Source of the DNA: a virus
Virus record (IMG/VR): IMGVR_UViG_3300022748_000008
Direction: 5' to 3' (one strand)
DNA: 42,847 nt
Below are positions 30,702-38,790 of the stretch, piece after piece (within the stretch, counting starts at the first letter, position 1; every line of letters starts with the position of its first letter). Made by a program: the position numbers and the translations under genes. The notes beneath the pieces are model-generated. The model made no database searches and was not told where the DNA came from. It saw nothing but the letters and a program-made list of their open reading frames with translations.

Positions 30702-31361
30702 ATGACCGGTGACCAACAAGACGTATTCAATCGGCTCAAGTCGGCCCTTCCACCATGGTTCGGGGATTCGTCCCCGTTCTTGGACGCGGTATTGCAAGGC
30801 CTTGCATGGGCGGGCAGCTTCATCTATTCCCTATACGCCTACGCCGTTCTGCAAACGCGCATCCTGACGGCTACGGATGGCTGGCTTGATGTGATCGCCG
30901 CCGATTTCTTCGGCACGAACCTGCTGCGCAAGACCAACCAGTCTGACGCATCGTTTCGCAATCAGATCGTCATCAACATCTTTCGAGAACGTGCGACCCG
31001 CAATGCAATCGTCAAGGTGTTGCAAGACCTGACTGGGCGCACGCCGATCATCTACGAGCCGCTGCGCGCGCGCGATACGGGCGGCTATGGCATTGCCTGC
31101 GGCTACGGCGTTGCTGGTGCATACGGCTCCAAAGTCGTCGGGCCGTTTCAAGCTTGGGTCACAGCATTTAGGCCGCTTGGAACGGGTATTCCCTATGTCA
31201 ACGGCTACGGAAACCCTGCTGGTGGCTATGGCGTGCCTTCACGCGCTGTCTATGCCTCGCTCAACATGGTGCAAGGCGGTGTGAGTGACGCCGACATTTA
31301 CGCCGCGATTGACGGAGTGAAACCGGTTGGCACGACAATTTGGGCACGCATTACTGGTTAA
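30702..31361 (+). CDS. Baseplate/tail protein (P2 gpI / Mu gp48-like)
   Basis: The call rests on its position after the J gene and its size. Confidence 0.5.
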   Translation: MTGDQQDVFNRLKSALPPWFGDSSPFLDAVLQGLAWAGSFIYSLYAYAVLQTRILTATDGWLDVIAADFFGTNLLRKTNQSDASFRNQIVINIFRERATRNAIVKVLQDLTGRTPIIYEPLRARDTGGYGIACGYGVAGAYGSKVVGPFQAWVTAFRPLGTGIPYVNGYGNPAGGYGVPSRAVYASLNMVQGGVSDADIYAAIDGVKPVGTTIWARITG

Positions 31362-31444
31362 CTGAGCATCGGTAAGTACAATCAACCCGCTACGCCTCTC
31401 AACGATGCGCACCCCGGCGGGTTTCTTTTTTTCTAGGAGCAAAA

Positions 31445-33484
31445 ATGGATCGCAATATTGTTTGGCCCGGCGCTATCCCGCTGGAGACAGACCTACTCAA
31501 CACCAACAAGAATGCGATGGTTTCCATTGCAAAGCTCGCCGCCGCGCTGCTAGGTAGCGGCACCACCATCAACGGCCTGTCTTGCGGTGCAACTGCTCCG
31601 GCATCCTTGCAGGTTTCCGTGGGTGCAGGCGAAATCTACGCGCTCAAGAACATTGACGACACCGCGTATTCCTCGCTGGCGGCTGACACCACGCATCAAA
31701 TCTTGAAGCAAGGCATCTTGCTCGATGCGGTCACGTTGTCTTGCCCTGCTCCCGGCACCACCGGTCAAAGCATCAACTACTTGGTGCAGGCCGCATTCGC
31801 CGAAACCGACACCAACGCCACGGTGCTGCCGTTCTACAACGCAAGCAACCCTTCGCAAGCTTGGAACGGCCCGAACAACTCAGGCTCGACCAGCGTCACG
31901 ACCCGCGCCGATCAGTGCGTTGTGACCGTCAAGGCCGGTACCGCTGCGACCACAGGTAGCCAAACCACGCCATCGCCTGATTCGGGCAACGTGGGCTTGT
32001 ATGTGGTCACTGTGGCCTACGGTCAGACCACCATCACCGCTGGCAACATCAGCACGTATTCTGGCAACCCATCCGTGCCATCGTCGGGCATCGCTTCGGC
32101 TTTGCACAACGCCTTGTATGCCAAGAGCGTAGCCGGTGGCTCCGATGTGACATTGACCACTCAAGAAGCCGCAAATCCGATCATCGGCTTCTCTGGCACG
32201 TTGAGCGCCAACATCAACGTGATCGTGCCCGCCGCTTCGCATCAGTGGATTGTGAGCAACAACACAAGCGGCGCGTACAGCTTGACCGTCAAGACCGCAG
32301 CCGGTACCGGCATCTTGATTCCTCAAGGTCAGTCGATGATTTTGTATTGCGATGGCGTAAACGTCATTGCGGCGGGTGCAGCAAACCAATCAAGCTTTAC
32401 CCCGACGCCATTTACTGCGACCGCAGGCCAAACGGTGTTCACGGTCGGCTACACGCCCGGAAACATCACAGTCGTCAAGAACGGCTCAACGCTGTCGCCT
32501 TCGGCATTCACCGCAACAAACGGCTCAAGTATCACGCTGGCAACCGCTTGCAACGCGGGCGACGTGGTAGTGGTGTACGCCTTCACATCGTTCACGGTGG
32601 CGAATGCGCTGACGCAAGCCACTGGTGATCTGCGTTACCTGCAACTAGCTGGTGGCACGCTTACGGGGCCGCTGACTCTTGCTGGCAACCCGACTAACAA
32701 CCTGCACGCTGCTCCGAAGCAGTATGTTGATAGTGCTATCGCAACAGTGCAGGGCGCATTCAAGAACTTAGTCGTGTCTGCCACAGGCCTGAATGCAAAC
32801 GTCAGCGTCAGCGCCGATGAAATTGTTGTCGAAAATGGAAGCAACCAATATCAGGCGCTTCGCTCTGTCAGCCTGACTATTGCAGGAACAACGACCGGCG
32901 CTAACGCACTCGACACCGGTACCATCGCTACCTCGACTTGGTACTCTCTGTGGGTAATTTGGAACGGTACAACCACTGCTGGTCTGCTCTCGCTATCTAC
33001 CACGGCTCCAACGCTTCCAAGCGGCTACACGCACAAGGCTCGCGTCGGCTGGATTCGCACGGATTCAACAGCAAACAAATATCCGCTGTCGTTCAAGCAA
33101 TATGGTCGCCGCGTGCAGTATTCGGTAGCAGCAGGCAGCAACGTGGCCGGATTGCCTCTAATGGCTAGTGGAGCTGCTGGTAGTACATCAACTCCGACAT
33201 GGGTTGCTGTTGCCGTAGGCAATTTTGTGCCAAGCACTGCATCGGCAATAAAAGCGTCTCTTATGGGAAATGGTGTAACCGGGATATGGATGGCGGCACC
33301 TAACTCGTCTTATGGGGCGATTGGTTCTGCTTCAAACCCGCCACAAATCGCGTTTTCGTACCCTTCGGGCAATCTTGCAAATGATTCGTTTGCTTTTGAA
33401 ATGTCGCTGGAAAGCTCAAATATTTATTGGGCTTCTAGTGCGGCTGGTTATTTGTCGTGTATTGGATGGGAGGACAATCTATGA
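31445..33484 (+). CDS. Tail fibre protein
   Basis: At 679 aa it is Thr/Ser/Gly/Ala-rich. It has the conserved junction LRYLQLAGGTLTGPLTLAGNPTNNLHAAPKQYVD, followed by an AT-richer C-terminal domain. Confidence 0.8.
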   Translation: MDRNIVWPGAIPLETDLLNTNKNAMVSIAKLAAALLGSGTTINGLSCGATAPASLQVSVGAGEIYALKNIDDTAYSSLAADTTHQILKQGILLDAVTLSCPAPGTTGQSINYLVQAAFAETDTNATVLPFYNASNPSQAWNGPNNSGSTSVTTRADQCVVTVKAGTAATTGSQTTPSPDSGNVGLYVVTVAYGQTTITAGNISTYSGNPSVPSSGIASALHNALYAKSVAGGSDVTLTTQEAANPIIGFSGTLSANINVIVPAASHQWIVSNNTSGAYSLTVKTAAGTGILIPQGQSMILYCDGVNVIAAGAANQSSFTPTPFTATAGQTVFTVGYTPGNITVVKNGSTLSPSAFTATNGSSITLATACNAGDVVVVYAFTSFTVANALTQATGDLRYLQLAGGTLTGPLTLAGNPTNNLHAAPKQYVDSAIATVQGAFKNLVVSATGLNANVSVSADEIVVENGSNQYQALRSVSLTIAGTTTGANALDTGTIATSTWYSLWVIWNGTTTAGLLSLSTTAPTLPSGYTHKARVGWIRTDSTANKYPLSFKQYGRRVQYSVAAGSNVAGLPLMASGAAGSTSTPTWVAVAVGNFVPSTASAIKASLMGNGVTGIWMAAPNSSYGAIGSASNPPQIAFSYPSGNLANDSFAFEMSLESSNIYWASSAAGYLSCIGWEDNL

Positions 33485-33741
33485 GTTATGCAATTCGTAA
33501 AGACGGCAAAAGTTGGCGTGCCGTAAATTCAAAATCCGATTGCACCAAAGAAGAAACATTTTCAGAAGTGCAGCCTGATCCTATTCAGCCTGATCTGGTA
33601 GAAATGGCGGTTCAGCAACGAGAATCTGCCTACCGCGAAGAATCCGACCCGATTTTCTTCAAAGCCCAACGCGGCGAAGCCACGATGGACGAATGGAAAG
33701 CCAAAGTCGCAGAAATTAAGGCTCGATTCCCAAAGGAATAA
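33481..33741 (+). CDS. Tail fibre assembly/chaperone-like protein (86 aa)
   Basis: It has an ATGA overlap with the fibre stop. The C-terminus EATMDEWKAKVAEIKARFPK resembles the fibre-assembly pattern. It is AT-rich like the fibre 3' end. Confidence 0.5.
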   Translation: MSYAIRKDGKSWRAVNSKSDCTKEETFSEVQPDPIQPDLVEMAVQQRESAYREESDPIFFKAQRGEATMDEWKAKVAEIKARFPKE

Positions 33742-33835
33742 GGCAATGATCTTCTACTCGCTTCGCGCAAGTCTCGCCGCCCGCCACTTCTCTGTGGTGG
33801 GCTACTCCCTCTCCGCTTCATTCTGGTAACACCGC

Positions 33836-34636
33836 ATGACAGATAAAACCGAACTACTCGCTGCAATGGCGATTGATTTAACCGGCGCATTGATTCCCTA
33901 CACGGGCAACACAGCGCCAGTAGGAACAGTGCTCGCAGACGGCTCACTCGTTAGCCGTACCACCTACGCAAACCTGTGGAACTGGGTGCAAAACCTGAGT
34001 GGCAACCTAGCCGCCAGCGATGCCGCTTGGGTGCCAGGTCAGTATTCGCCGGGTGACGGCTCTACGACCTTCCGTGTGCCACAGATGAACGGTCGCGTGC
34101 CTGTGGGCGCGGGTACCGGCACCATTGCCGAGGTCTTTGCCGCTGCTGCAGTCACGATTGCGACCGACCTCATCACGCTCGGCAGCAACAACACCAAGTG
34201 GGTCACGGGTATGCCGGTAGTCTTGACCACCAGCGGCTCGGCTCCCGGTGGTTTGACGGCTGGCACAACGTACTACGTTGTGCGCATCAACAGCACCTCG
34301 ATCAAGCTGGCATCGTCGCTTGCCAACGCGCAAAACGGCACGGTGATCGATATCACTAGCCAAGGCTCAGGCAACCACACGATCACAACGACACTGACCG
34401 CACGCACATTGGGCGAGTCGGGCGGTGAAGAAGCGCACGCCATGAGCAGCACCGAATTGCTGGCGCACACGCATACGTTAACCATTCAAACAAACCCGAA
34501 CCCCGGCGCAGGTTCAGCCGTTATGGATTCGACAGCAAGCGGCAACTCTACGCAGACAAGTAACTCAACAGGCGGCAACGCAGCGATGAACGTCATGCAG
34601 CCGTTCAACGGCGTCAACTGGCTCATCAAGGCATAA
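33836..34636 (+). CDS. Tail-collar domain fibre protein
   Basis: PYTGNTAPVGTVLADGSLVSRTTYANLWNWV...DGSTTFRVPQMNGRVPVGAG...GESGGEEAHAMSSTELLAHTH matches Phage_Collar (PF07484), with an inserted Thr/Gly-rich segment. Confidence 0.75.
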   Translation: MTDKTELLAAMAIDLTGALIPYTGNTAPVGTVLADGSLVSRTTYANLWNWVQNLSGNLAASDAAWVPGQYSPGDGSTTFRVPQMNGRVPVGAGTGTIAEVFAAAAVTIATDLITLGSNNTKWVTGMPVVLTTSGSAPGGLTAGTTYYVVRINSTSIKLASSLANAQNGTVIDITSQGSGNHTITTTLTARTLGESGGEEAHAMSSTELLAHTHTLTIQTNPNPGAGSAVMDSTASGNSTQTSNSTGGNAAMNVMQPFNGVNWLIKA

Positions 34637-34641
34637 GCACC

Positions 34642-34812
34642 ATGACAGAAACAGAAGCACGCTTAAATGCCCACGAAGCCGTATGCGCCGAGCGCTACGA
34701 TCAGATCAACGCCCGTTTGAAACGGCTTGAGGGCATCTTGATGAAGACCTGCGGTTTGTTGCTGGTGTCTATGAGTGGCGTCATCTATGCATCAATTGCG
34801 CACATAAACTGA
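34642..34812 (+). CDS. Small C-terminally anchored membrane protein (56 aa), lysis-cassette associated
   Basis: Hand translation gives MTETEARLNAHEAVCAERYDQINARLKRLEGILMKTCGLLLVSMSGVIYASIAHIN. Confidence 0.45.
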   Translation: MTETEARLNAHEAVCAERYDQINARLKRLEGILMKTCGLLLVSMSGVIYASIAHIN

Positions 34813-34820
34813 ACTCAAAG

Positions 34821-35159
34821 ATGAACTACCTCACACCGATTTTGGCGGTCTATGCCCTGTGGCTATTTTTCTTAGCCGTGATGAACCTGAAACGCGCAGC
34901 CGATGCGGGGGCACTCAGCCGCCCCGCCTACGTATTGGGTGTGCCAATCCTGTTGATTGGCTACTCGCTCGACGTTTGCGTGAACGTTTCCATCGGCACG
35001 GTGTTCTTTTTAGAGCTGCCGAATGAGTGGACGGTGACGGCCCGCCTGACGCGCTTGAAGAACCACGACGCGGGATGGCGCGGCATCGTCGCCGCTTGGG
35101 TTTGCATCAACCTGCTGGACAAATTTGACCCCAGTGGTTGCCACTGCGCGGAGGGCTGA
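34821..35159 (+). CDS. Membrane protein (112 aa, at least 2 TM), lysis-cassette associated
   Basis: The hydrophobic segments are ILAVYALWLFFLAVM and YVLGVPILLIGYSLDVCVNVSIGTVFF. Confidence 0.6.
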   Translation: MNYLTPILAVYALWLFFLAVMNLKRAADAGALSRPAYVLGVPILLIGYSLDVCVNVSIGTVFFLELPNEWTVTARLTRLKNHDAGWRGIVAAWVCINLLDKFDPSGCHCAEG

Positions 35160-35160
35160 A

Positions 35161-35388
35161 ATGGATTGGCTTTTGCATCTTCTCACCGGCAAAGACAACA
35201 AGACTCAGGACATTGGACGCTGGCTTGCCGCGCTGATTGGCACGTCTGGCATCTTCTTCCAAGGCTGGTCTGTGATCGTGCATCACGCCGCCTTCTCGAT
35301 GCAGGAATTTGGCATTGGCGCTGGCGCTCTCGCGGCTGGCGTTGGTGCCATGTTGAAACTCAAAGCTGATACGGAACCCACGCCATGA
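35161..35388 (+). CDS. Putative holin (75 aa, 2 TM)
   Basis: MDWLLHLLTGKDNKTQDIGRWLAALIGTSGIFFQGWSVIV...GIGAGALAAGVGAML. It overlaps the endolysin start (ATGA). Confidence 0.55.
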   Translation: MDWLLHLLTGKDNKTQDIGRWLAALIGTSGIFFQGWSVIVHHAAFSMQEFGIGAGALAAGVGAMLKLKADTEPTP

Positions 35389-36047
35389 ACAGTGAGCAAT
35401 TGGCCCAAGCGTTGAAGATAACGCCAGCCAAAGCAGAGGAATGGCTTGCGCCATTGCAAGAGGCATTTGATCGCTTCGACATTAACACCGTTGCACGTCA
35501 ATCGGCATTCATTGGTCAGTGTGCACATGAGTCGGTCAATTTCACCGCGCTTGCTGAGAACCTAAACTACAGCGCAGATGGCTTGGCGAACACATGGCCC
35601 GCACGCTTTGCTATCAAAGGCGCTGACGGCAAGCCTGTCAAGAACGAAAAGGGGCGATACAGCCCCGACGAACATGCTTGCGCCATCGAGCGCCAACCTG
35701 AAAAAATCGCAAATAGCGTCTATGGCGGGCGCATGGGTAACGGCCCTGAGGAATCTGGCGACGGGTGGAAATACTACGGGCGCGGCCTGATTCAATTGAC
35801 TGGCAAGGTCAATTACCAAGCTGCATCCGACGCCTTGGGCGTGGACTTTGTGAGCAGTCCCGAGTTGGTATCAAGCCCGCGCTATGCGGCTTTGACGGCT
35901 GGTTGGTTTTGGAATATGCACGGCCTCAACGAGCTGGCAGACGCCCGCGACAACACCACCATCACAAAGCGCATCCAAGGCGGCTCGCTTGGTCTTGATG
36001 ACCGCTTGGCGAAGACAGACGCCACTTTTTCGGTGCTTTCAGCATGA
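35385..36047 (+). CDS. Endolysin, glycoside hydrolase family 19 (chitinase-like)
   Basis: AFIGQCAHESVNFTALAENLNYS...YGGRMGNGPEESGDGWKYYGRGLIQLTGKVNY...WFWN matches GH19 catalytic motifs. Confidence 0.9.
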   Translation: MNSEQLAQALKITPAKAEEWLAPLQEAFDRFDINTVARQSAFIGQCAHESVNFTALAENLNYSADGLANTWPARFAIKGADGKPVKNEKGRYSPDEHACAIERQPEKIANSVYGGRMGNGPEESGDGWKYYGRGLIQLTGKVNYQAASDALGVDFVSSPELVSSPRYAALTAGWFWNMHGLNELADARDNTTITKRIQGGSLGLDDRLAKTDATFSVLSA

Positions 36048-36529
36048 AGTTTCTTGAACCGTATTTGACCTATATCAAGATGGCTGCGATTGCCGCCGCC
36101 ATCGTGTTTGCCGCTTGGTTTGGGCGGCACTACACGGTGATGCAGTACGAGGAAGACATTGCCGAGCAGAACAGGCAGATTGCCGACCTAAAGACCCATC
36201 AAGCCGAGGAAACGGTGAAGGTGGTCACAAAGTACGTTGACCGCGTGCGCGTGGTGCGCAATCAAAGCCAGAAAATAGCCTCGGAGGTATCAACCAATGT
36301 CCCGCCTACTGCTGACGCTCTGTGCGTCATTCCTGCTGGCTTCGTGCGCGTCCACAACGAAGCTGCAACCGGTGTGCCCGATGCCACCGGAAATCTTGAT
36401 GAGGCCACCAGCGGAGTTGCGCTCTCTACCGTCGCCTCAACCGTTGCCGACAACTACGGCACCTGTCACGAAACCGCAGAGCAACTGAAAGCGTTGCAGG
36501 ACTGGATACGGTCCACCCATCCCCAGTGA
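36044..36529 (+). CDS. i-spanin (Rz-like)
   Basis: It has an N-terminal TM (AAIAAAIVFAAWF), a coiled coil, and follows the endolysin gene. Confidence 0.8.
   Translation: MKFLEPYLTYIKMAAIAAAIVFAAWFGRHYTVMQYEEDIAEQNRQIADLKTHQAEETVKVVTKYVDRVRVVRNQSQKIASEVSTNVPPTADALCVIPAGFVRVHNEAATGVPDATGNLDEATSGVALSTVASTVADNYGTCHETAEQLKALQDWIRSTHPQ
36297..36488 (+). CDS. o-spanin lipoprotein (Rz1-like), embedded in the +1 frame of Rz
   Basis: It has a lipobox (LLASC), a Pro-rich mature part, and lies entirely within 36044..36529. Confidence 0.8.
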   Translation: MSRLLLTLCASFLLASCASTTKLQPVCPMPPEILMRPPAELRSLPSPQPLPTTTAPVTKPQSN

Positions 36530-36535
36530 AGCGGG

Positions 36536-36724
36536 TTATTTCTTCCGCTTGAACTTCAATATTCCGGGGCGCACACGCGCACCCGCGACCACTTGCGGGG
36601 AAGTTGGCAAAATCCAACTGCCCCCGATCTTCTTGGCACCCACCACGCGGCCTTCGGCACATAGCGTGCGCATTCGGCGCTCAGTCACCCCTAGTTTTTT
36701 TGCCGCGTCTTTGAGCGAAATCAT
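36536..36724 (-). CDS. Excisionase-family/MerR-like HTH protein (62 aa)
   Basis: MISLKDAAKKLGVTERRMRTLCAEGRVVGAKKIGGSWILP matches the excisionase-family DNA-binding domain. The start was moved to ATG at 36724, which has an AGGAAAG SD. Confidence 0.65.
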   Translation of the reverse strand: MISLKDAAKKLGVTERRMRTLCAEGRVVGAKKIGGSWILPTSPQVVAGARVRPGILKFKRKK

Positions 36725-36747
36725 TGCTTTCCTTTTTTTGTGCTCAA

Positions 36748-36767
36748 CTATACCGCAAACGGAAGCC
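36748..36767 (-). promoter_or_regulatory. Element S3: CTATACCG-CAAA-CGGAAGCC (half-degenerate copy), with minus-strand TATAGT (36747-36752)
   Basis: The left half and flank GCTCAACTATACCGCAAACGGAA match S1 and S2. TATAGT lies 22 nt upstream of the xis-like ATG. Confidence 0.45.
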
Positions 36768-36770
36768 TTG

Positions 36771-36776
36771 TATAAT
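36771..36776 (+). promoter_or_regulatory. Consensus TATAAT hexamer facing the attP/int side (candidate rightward promoter)
   Basis: A perfect TATAAT is preceded by TG (cttgTATAAT). No good -35 was found. Confidence 0.3.
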
Positions 36777-36805
36777 TTTCGCAGCGCCATGACGCATGAG
36801 GACTA

Positions 36806-36833
36806 GGGACGGGTTAGCGCCGTCCTGCTTTTA
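36806..36833 (+). terminator. GC-rich hairpin plus U-tract (candidate terminator/attenuator)
   Basis: GGACGG-gttagcg-CCGTCC is followed by TGCTTTTAT. It is enclosed by a longer-range pair GAGGACTA (36798-36805) / TAGTCCTC (36869-36876). Confidence 0.35.
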
Positions 36834-37287
36834 TGCAGAGCTACACGGACAACGCTGCTTTATGCGAGTAGTCCTCAGTCGTGATGGTGATAAGCGAAAT
36901 CAATAGCAAGACCGAGTGACCGGAAACGCTCGGAGGCGCGAAACAAACTAGCTGGATCGGGCTATCCGAACGTGTGGAAGCGACGCGAGTACGCCAACGG
37001 GTCAATGAAAACAGTACCGGCCCCACACGATGCCGCAGGATCATCCCCTGCACCATCAACCACTGCTACGGAGTTGCTATCTGAGAGCCGCGCTACGTGA
37101 CGAATCAACCGGTTAAGCGCTCCATCTATCCATTGAACTACGGGGAGGTGATGGGGTTGGCGGTGGTTGCCGCCTGTTGGCTCTGGTGGTAAACGTCAAA
37201 TAAATCCGGGCCTTATATCAGCACTTCGATTTACGACAATCAACGCAAACTTGCCTCACTGCTACCAAAACTGCTACCGTAGCAGTT
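36834..37287. other. Candidate attP region (non-coding, repeat-bearing)
   Basis: About 450 bp without a credible ORF lies next to int. CTGCTTT(T)ATGC occurs twice (36825-36840, 36855-36868). ACTGCTAC occurs three times (37062, 37258, 37270). The palindrome CTGCTACCGTAGCAG is at 37271-37285. The core cannot be identified without the host sequence. Confidence 0.35.
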
Positions 37288-38313
37288 ATGGCGTCAATCC
37301 TGAAAGTGAAGGGCCTGTGGCGTGCGCAGGTCCGTAAGGCGGGTCATGCTAGCACAGCACAGTCATTTCCTACTCGGGCCGAGGCGCTGAAATGGGCGCG
37401 AAAGGTTGAGGCCGATTTCGACAAGGGAAAGCCCCTCAAACCGTCCGAAGTCACCGTGTCGGACATGATTGCCCACTATCGGCAAGCGCGGGAAAAGTCA
37501 GGCCGTCCGATCAATCCGAAGTCCAACGAGCATTACATGCTCAACAACCTGGCTGCAGCCTTCCCCGGCGAAAAGGTCGCCACCCTCAAATCGCAGCGCA
37601 TCGTGGCCTACGCTCAGGCCCGCCGAAAATCCGGTGTCGGCGGCTACACGGTCAACATGGAGATTTCCAAGCTCGGTACCGTCATCCGGCATACGTCAAG
37701 CCTGCTCGATCTTGACCTACCGGATTGCATCGGCAAGGCGAGGCCTCTGCTGCATCACCTGCACCTCATTGGGCAGGGTGGGGAGAGGGACAGACGCCCA
37801 ACGGCTGACGAAATCGGGCGTTTGTTCGCGTGGTTCGCCGCCAACCCACAATACGGCCTGCCCATGGTCGATGTGGTCAAGGTCGCCATGCAATGCGCCC
37901 TGCGGCGCGGCGAGGTATTCCGCATCCTGTGGTCAGATTTGGACATTGAAAAGCGGCTGATCTTGGTGCGCGACCGCAAAGACCCGCGCCGTAAGGTCGG
38001 CAACCATGAGCTTGTGCCTTTGGTGGGCGATTCGCTCGACGTGATCATGCGCCAGCGGCGTGTAGATGTACGAATCTTCCCCCATGAACCCGGTACCGCG
38101 TCCAAGTATTTCAAGTGGGCTTGTGACGCCTGCGGCATTAAGGATTTGCGGCTGCACGACCTGCGCCACGAGGCGACGAGTGCGCTGTTTGAGGCCGGTT
38201 GGAACGTGCCCGAGGTCGCCGTGGTGACGGGCCACAAGGATTGGCGCAACCTCAAACGGTACACCAACCTTGACCCGGCAAAGGTCGCCAAGAAGGGGCA
38301 GAATGCAGGGTAA
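37288..38313 (+). CDS. int: Tyrosine integrase
   Basis: The catalytic region is ALRRGEV...HDLRHEATSALFEAGWNVPEVAVVTGHKDWRNLKRYTNL (R, HxxR, H, Y). Confidence 0.92.
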   Translation: MASILKVKGLWRAQVRKAGHASTAQSFPTRAEALKWARKVEADFDKGKPLKPSEVTVSDMIAHYRQAREKSGRPINPKSNEHYMLNNLAAAFPGEKVATLKSQRIVAYAQARRKSGVGGYTVNMEISKLGTVIRHTSSLLDLDLPDCIGKARPLLHHLHLIGQGGERDRRPTADEIGRLFAWFAANPQYGLPMVDVVKVAMQCALRRGEVFRILWSDLDIEKRLILVRDRKDPRRKVGNHELVPLVGDSLDVIMRQRRVDVRIFPHEPGTASKYFKWACDACGIKDLRLHDLRHEATSALFEAGWNVPEVAVVTGHKDWRNLKRYTNLDPAKVAKKGQNAG

Positions 38314-38790
38314 ATGACGCCCGACAACAAAATTGCCAAGCGTATGTTTGTGTCTGCCCAACAGTTTGAACGGGCCGCGAGTCTGCTAGAGAAAAACATC
38401 AGCGTCAAAAACTATCACGCCGGGTTGGGCGTTCAGCCATTCATCACCTGCGGTACCTTCGCGCTTGAGTTGCACCTGAAATGCCTGCTTGCCATTGCCA
38501 CCGGGAATCACGTCACAGGCCACAGGATGACGGTTCTATTCGGCAAGCTGCCACGCGCTGACAAGGACGGCATTTTGGCGCACATTCGCAAGGTATATCG
38601 TGACCAGTCCGTGCCTCTCTCTTTTATAGATGATCGGCTCAAGCTGATGGACAATGCCTTTGTCGAGTGGCGGTATTTACATGAGGCCAAGAAGATAAGC
38701 ATCGACAGTCGGTTTCTTGGGCGCATGATTTGGGCTTGCCAGCAGCACACCAGAACGCTGCGGCCTAAATGGTTCGCTAACTACCCATAG
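38314..38790 (+). CDS. HEPN-like helical protein (158 aa), translationally adjacent to int
   Basis: FALELHLKCLLAIATGNHVTGHRMTVLFGKL......FVEWRYLHE resembles the HEPN pattern (E..LK..l....H.l..Lf ... RY). The TAAATG junction links it to int. G+C is about 47% by hand count (38581-38700), against 70% in the int 3' end. Confidence 0.45.
   Translation: MTPDNKIAKRMFVSAQQFERAASLLEKNISVKNYHAGLGVQPFITCGTFALELHLKCLLAIATGNHVTGHRMTVLFGKLPRADKDGILAHIRKVYRDQSVPLSFIDDRLKLMDNAFVEWRYLHEAKKISIDSRFLGRMIWACQQHTRTLRPKWFANYP

Noticed and set aside
31384-31432. Possible terminator before the tail-fibre gene (AACCCGC...GCGGGTT followed by a T-rich run)
   Set aside because: The stem arms are separated by a 26-nt loop, so the hairpin is weak. 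I could not find a tighter alternative pairing, so it was left unannotated.
36841-37059. 72-aa minus-strand ORF in the xis-int gap
   Set aside because: It has no SD and an odd composition, and it lies across the repeat-bearing candidate attP region. It is more likely non-coding.
37095-37150. tRNA-like stretch on the minus strand (CCCCGTAGTTCAATGGATAGA...)
   Set aside because: It resembles a tRNA D-arm, but I could not fold a cloverleaf. There is no complementary D-stem, no T-arm GTTCGAATC-type sequence and no acceptor pairing. A tRNA-derived attP core would normally match the 3' end rather than the 5' end of a tRNA.
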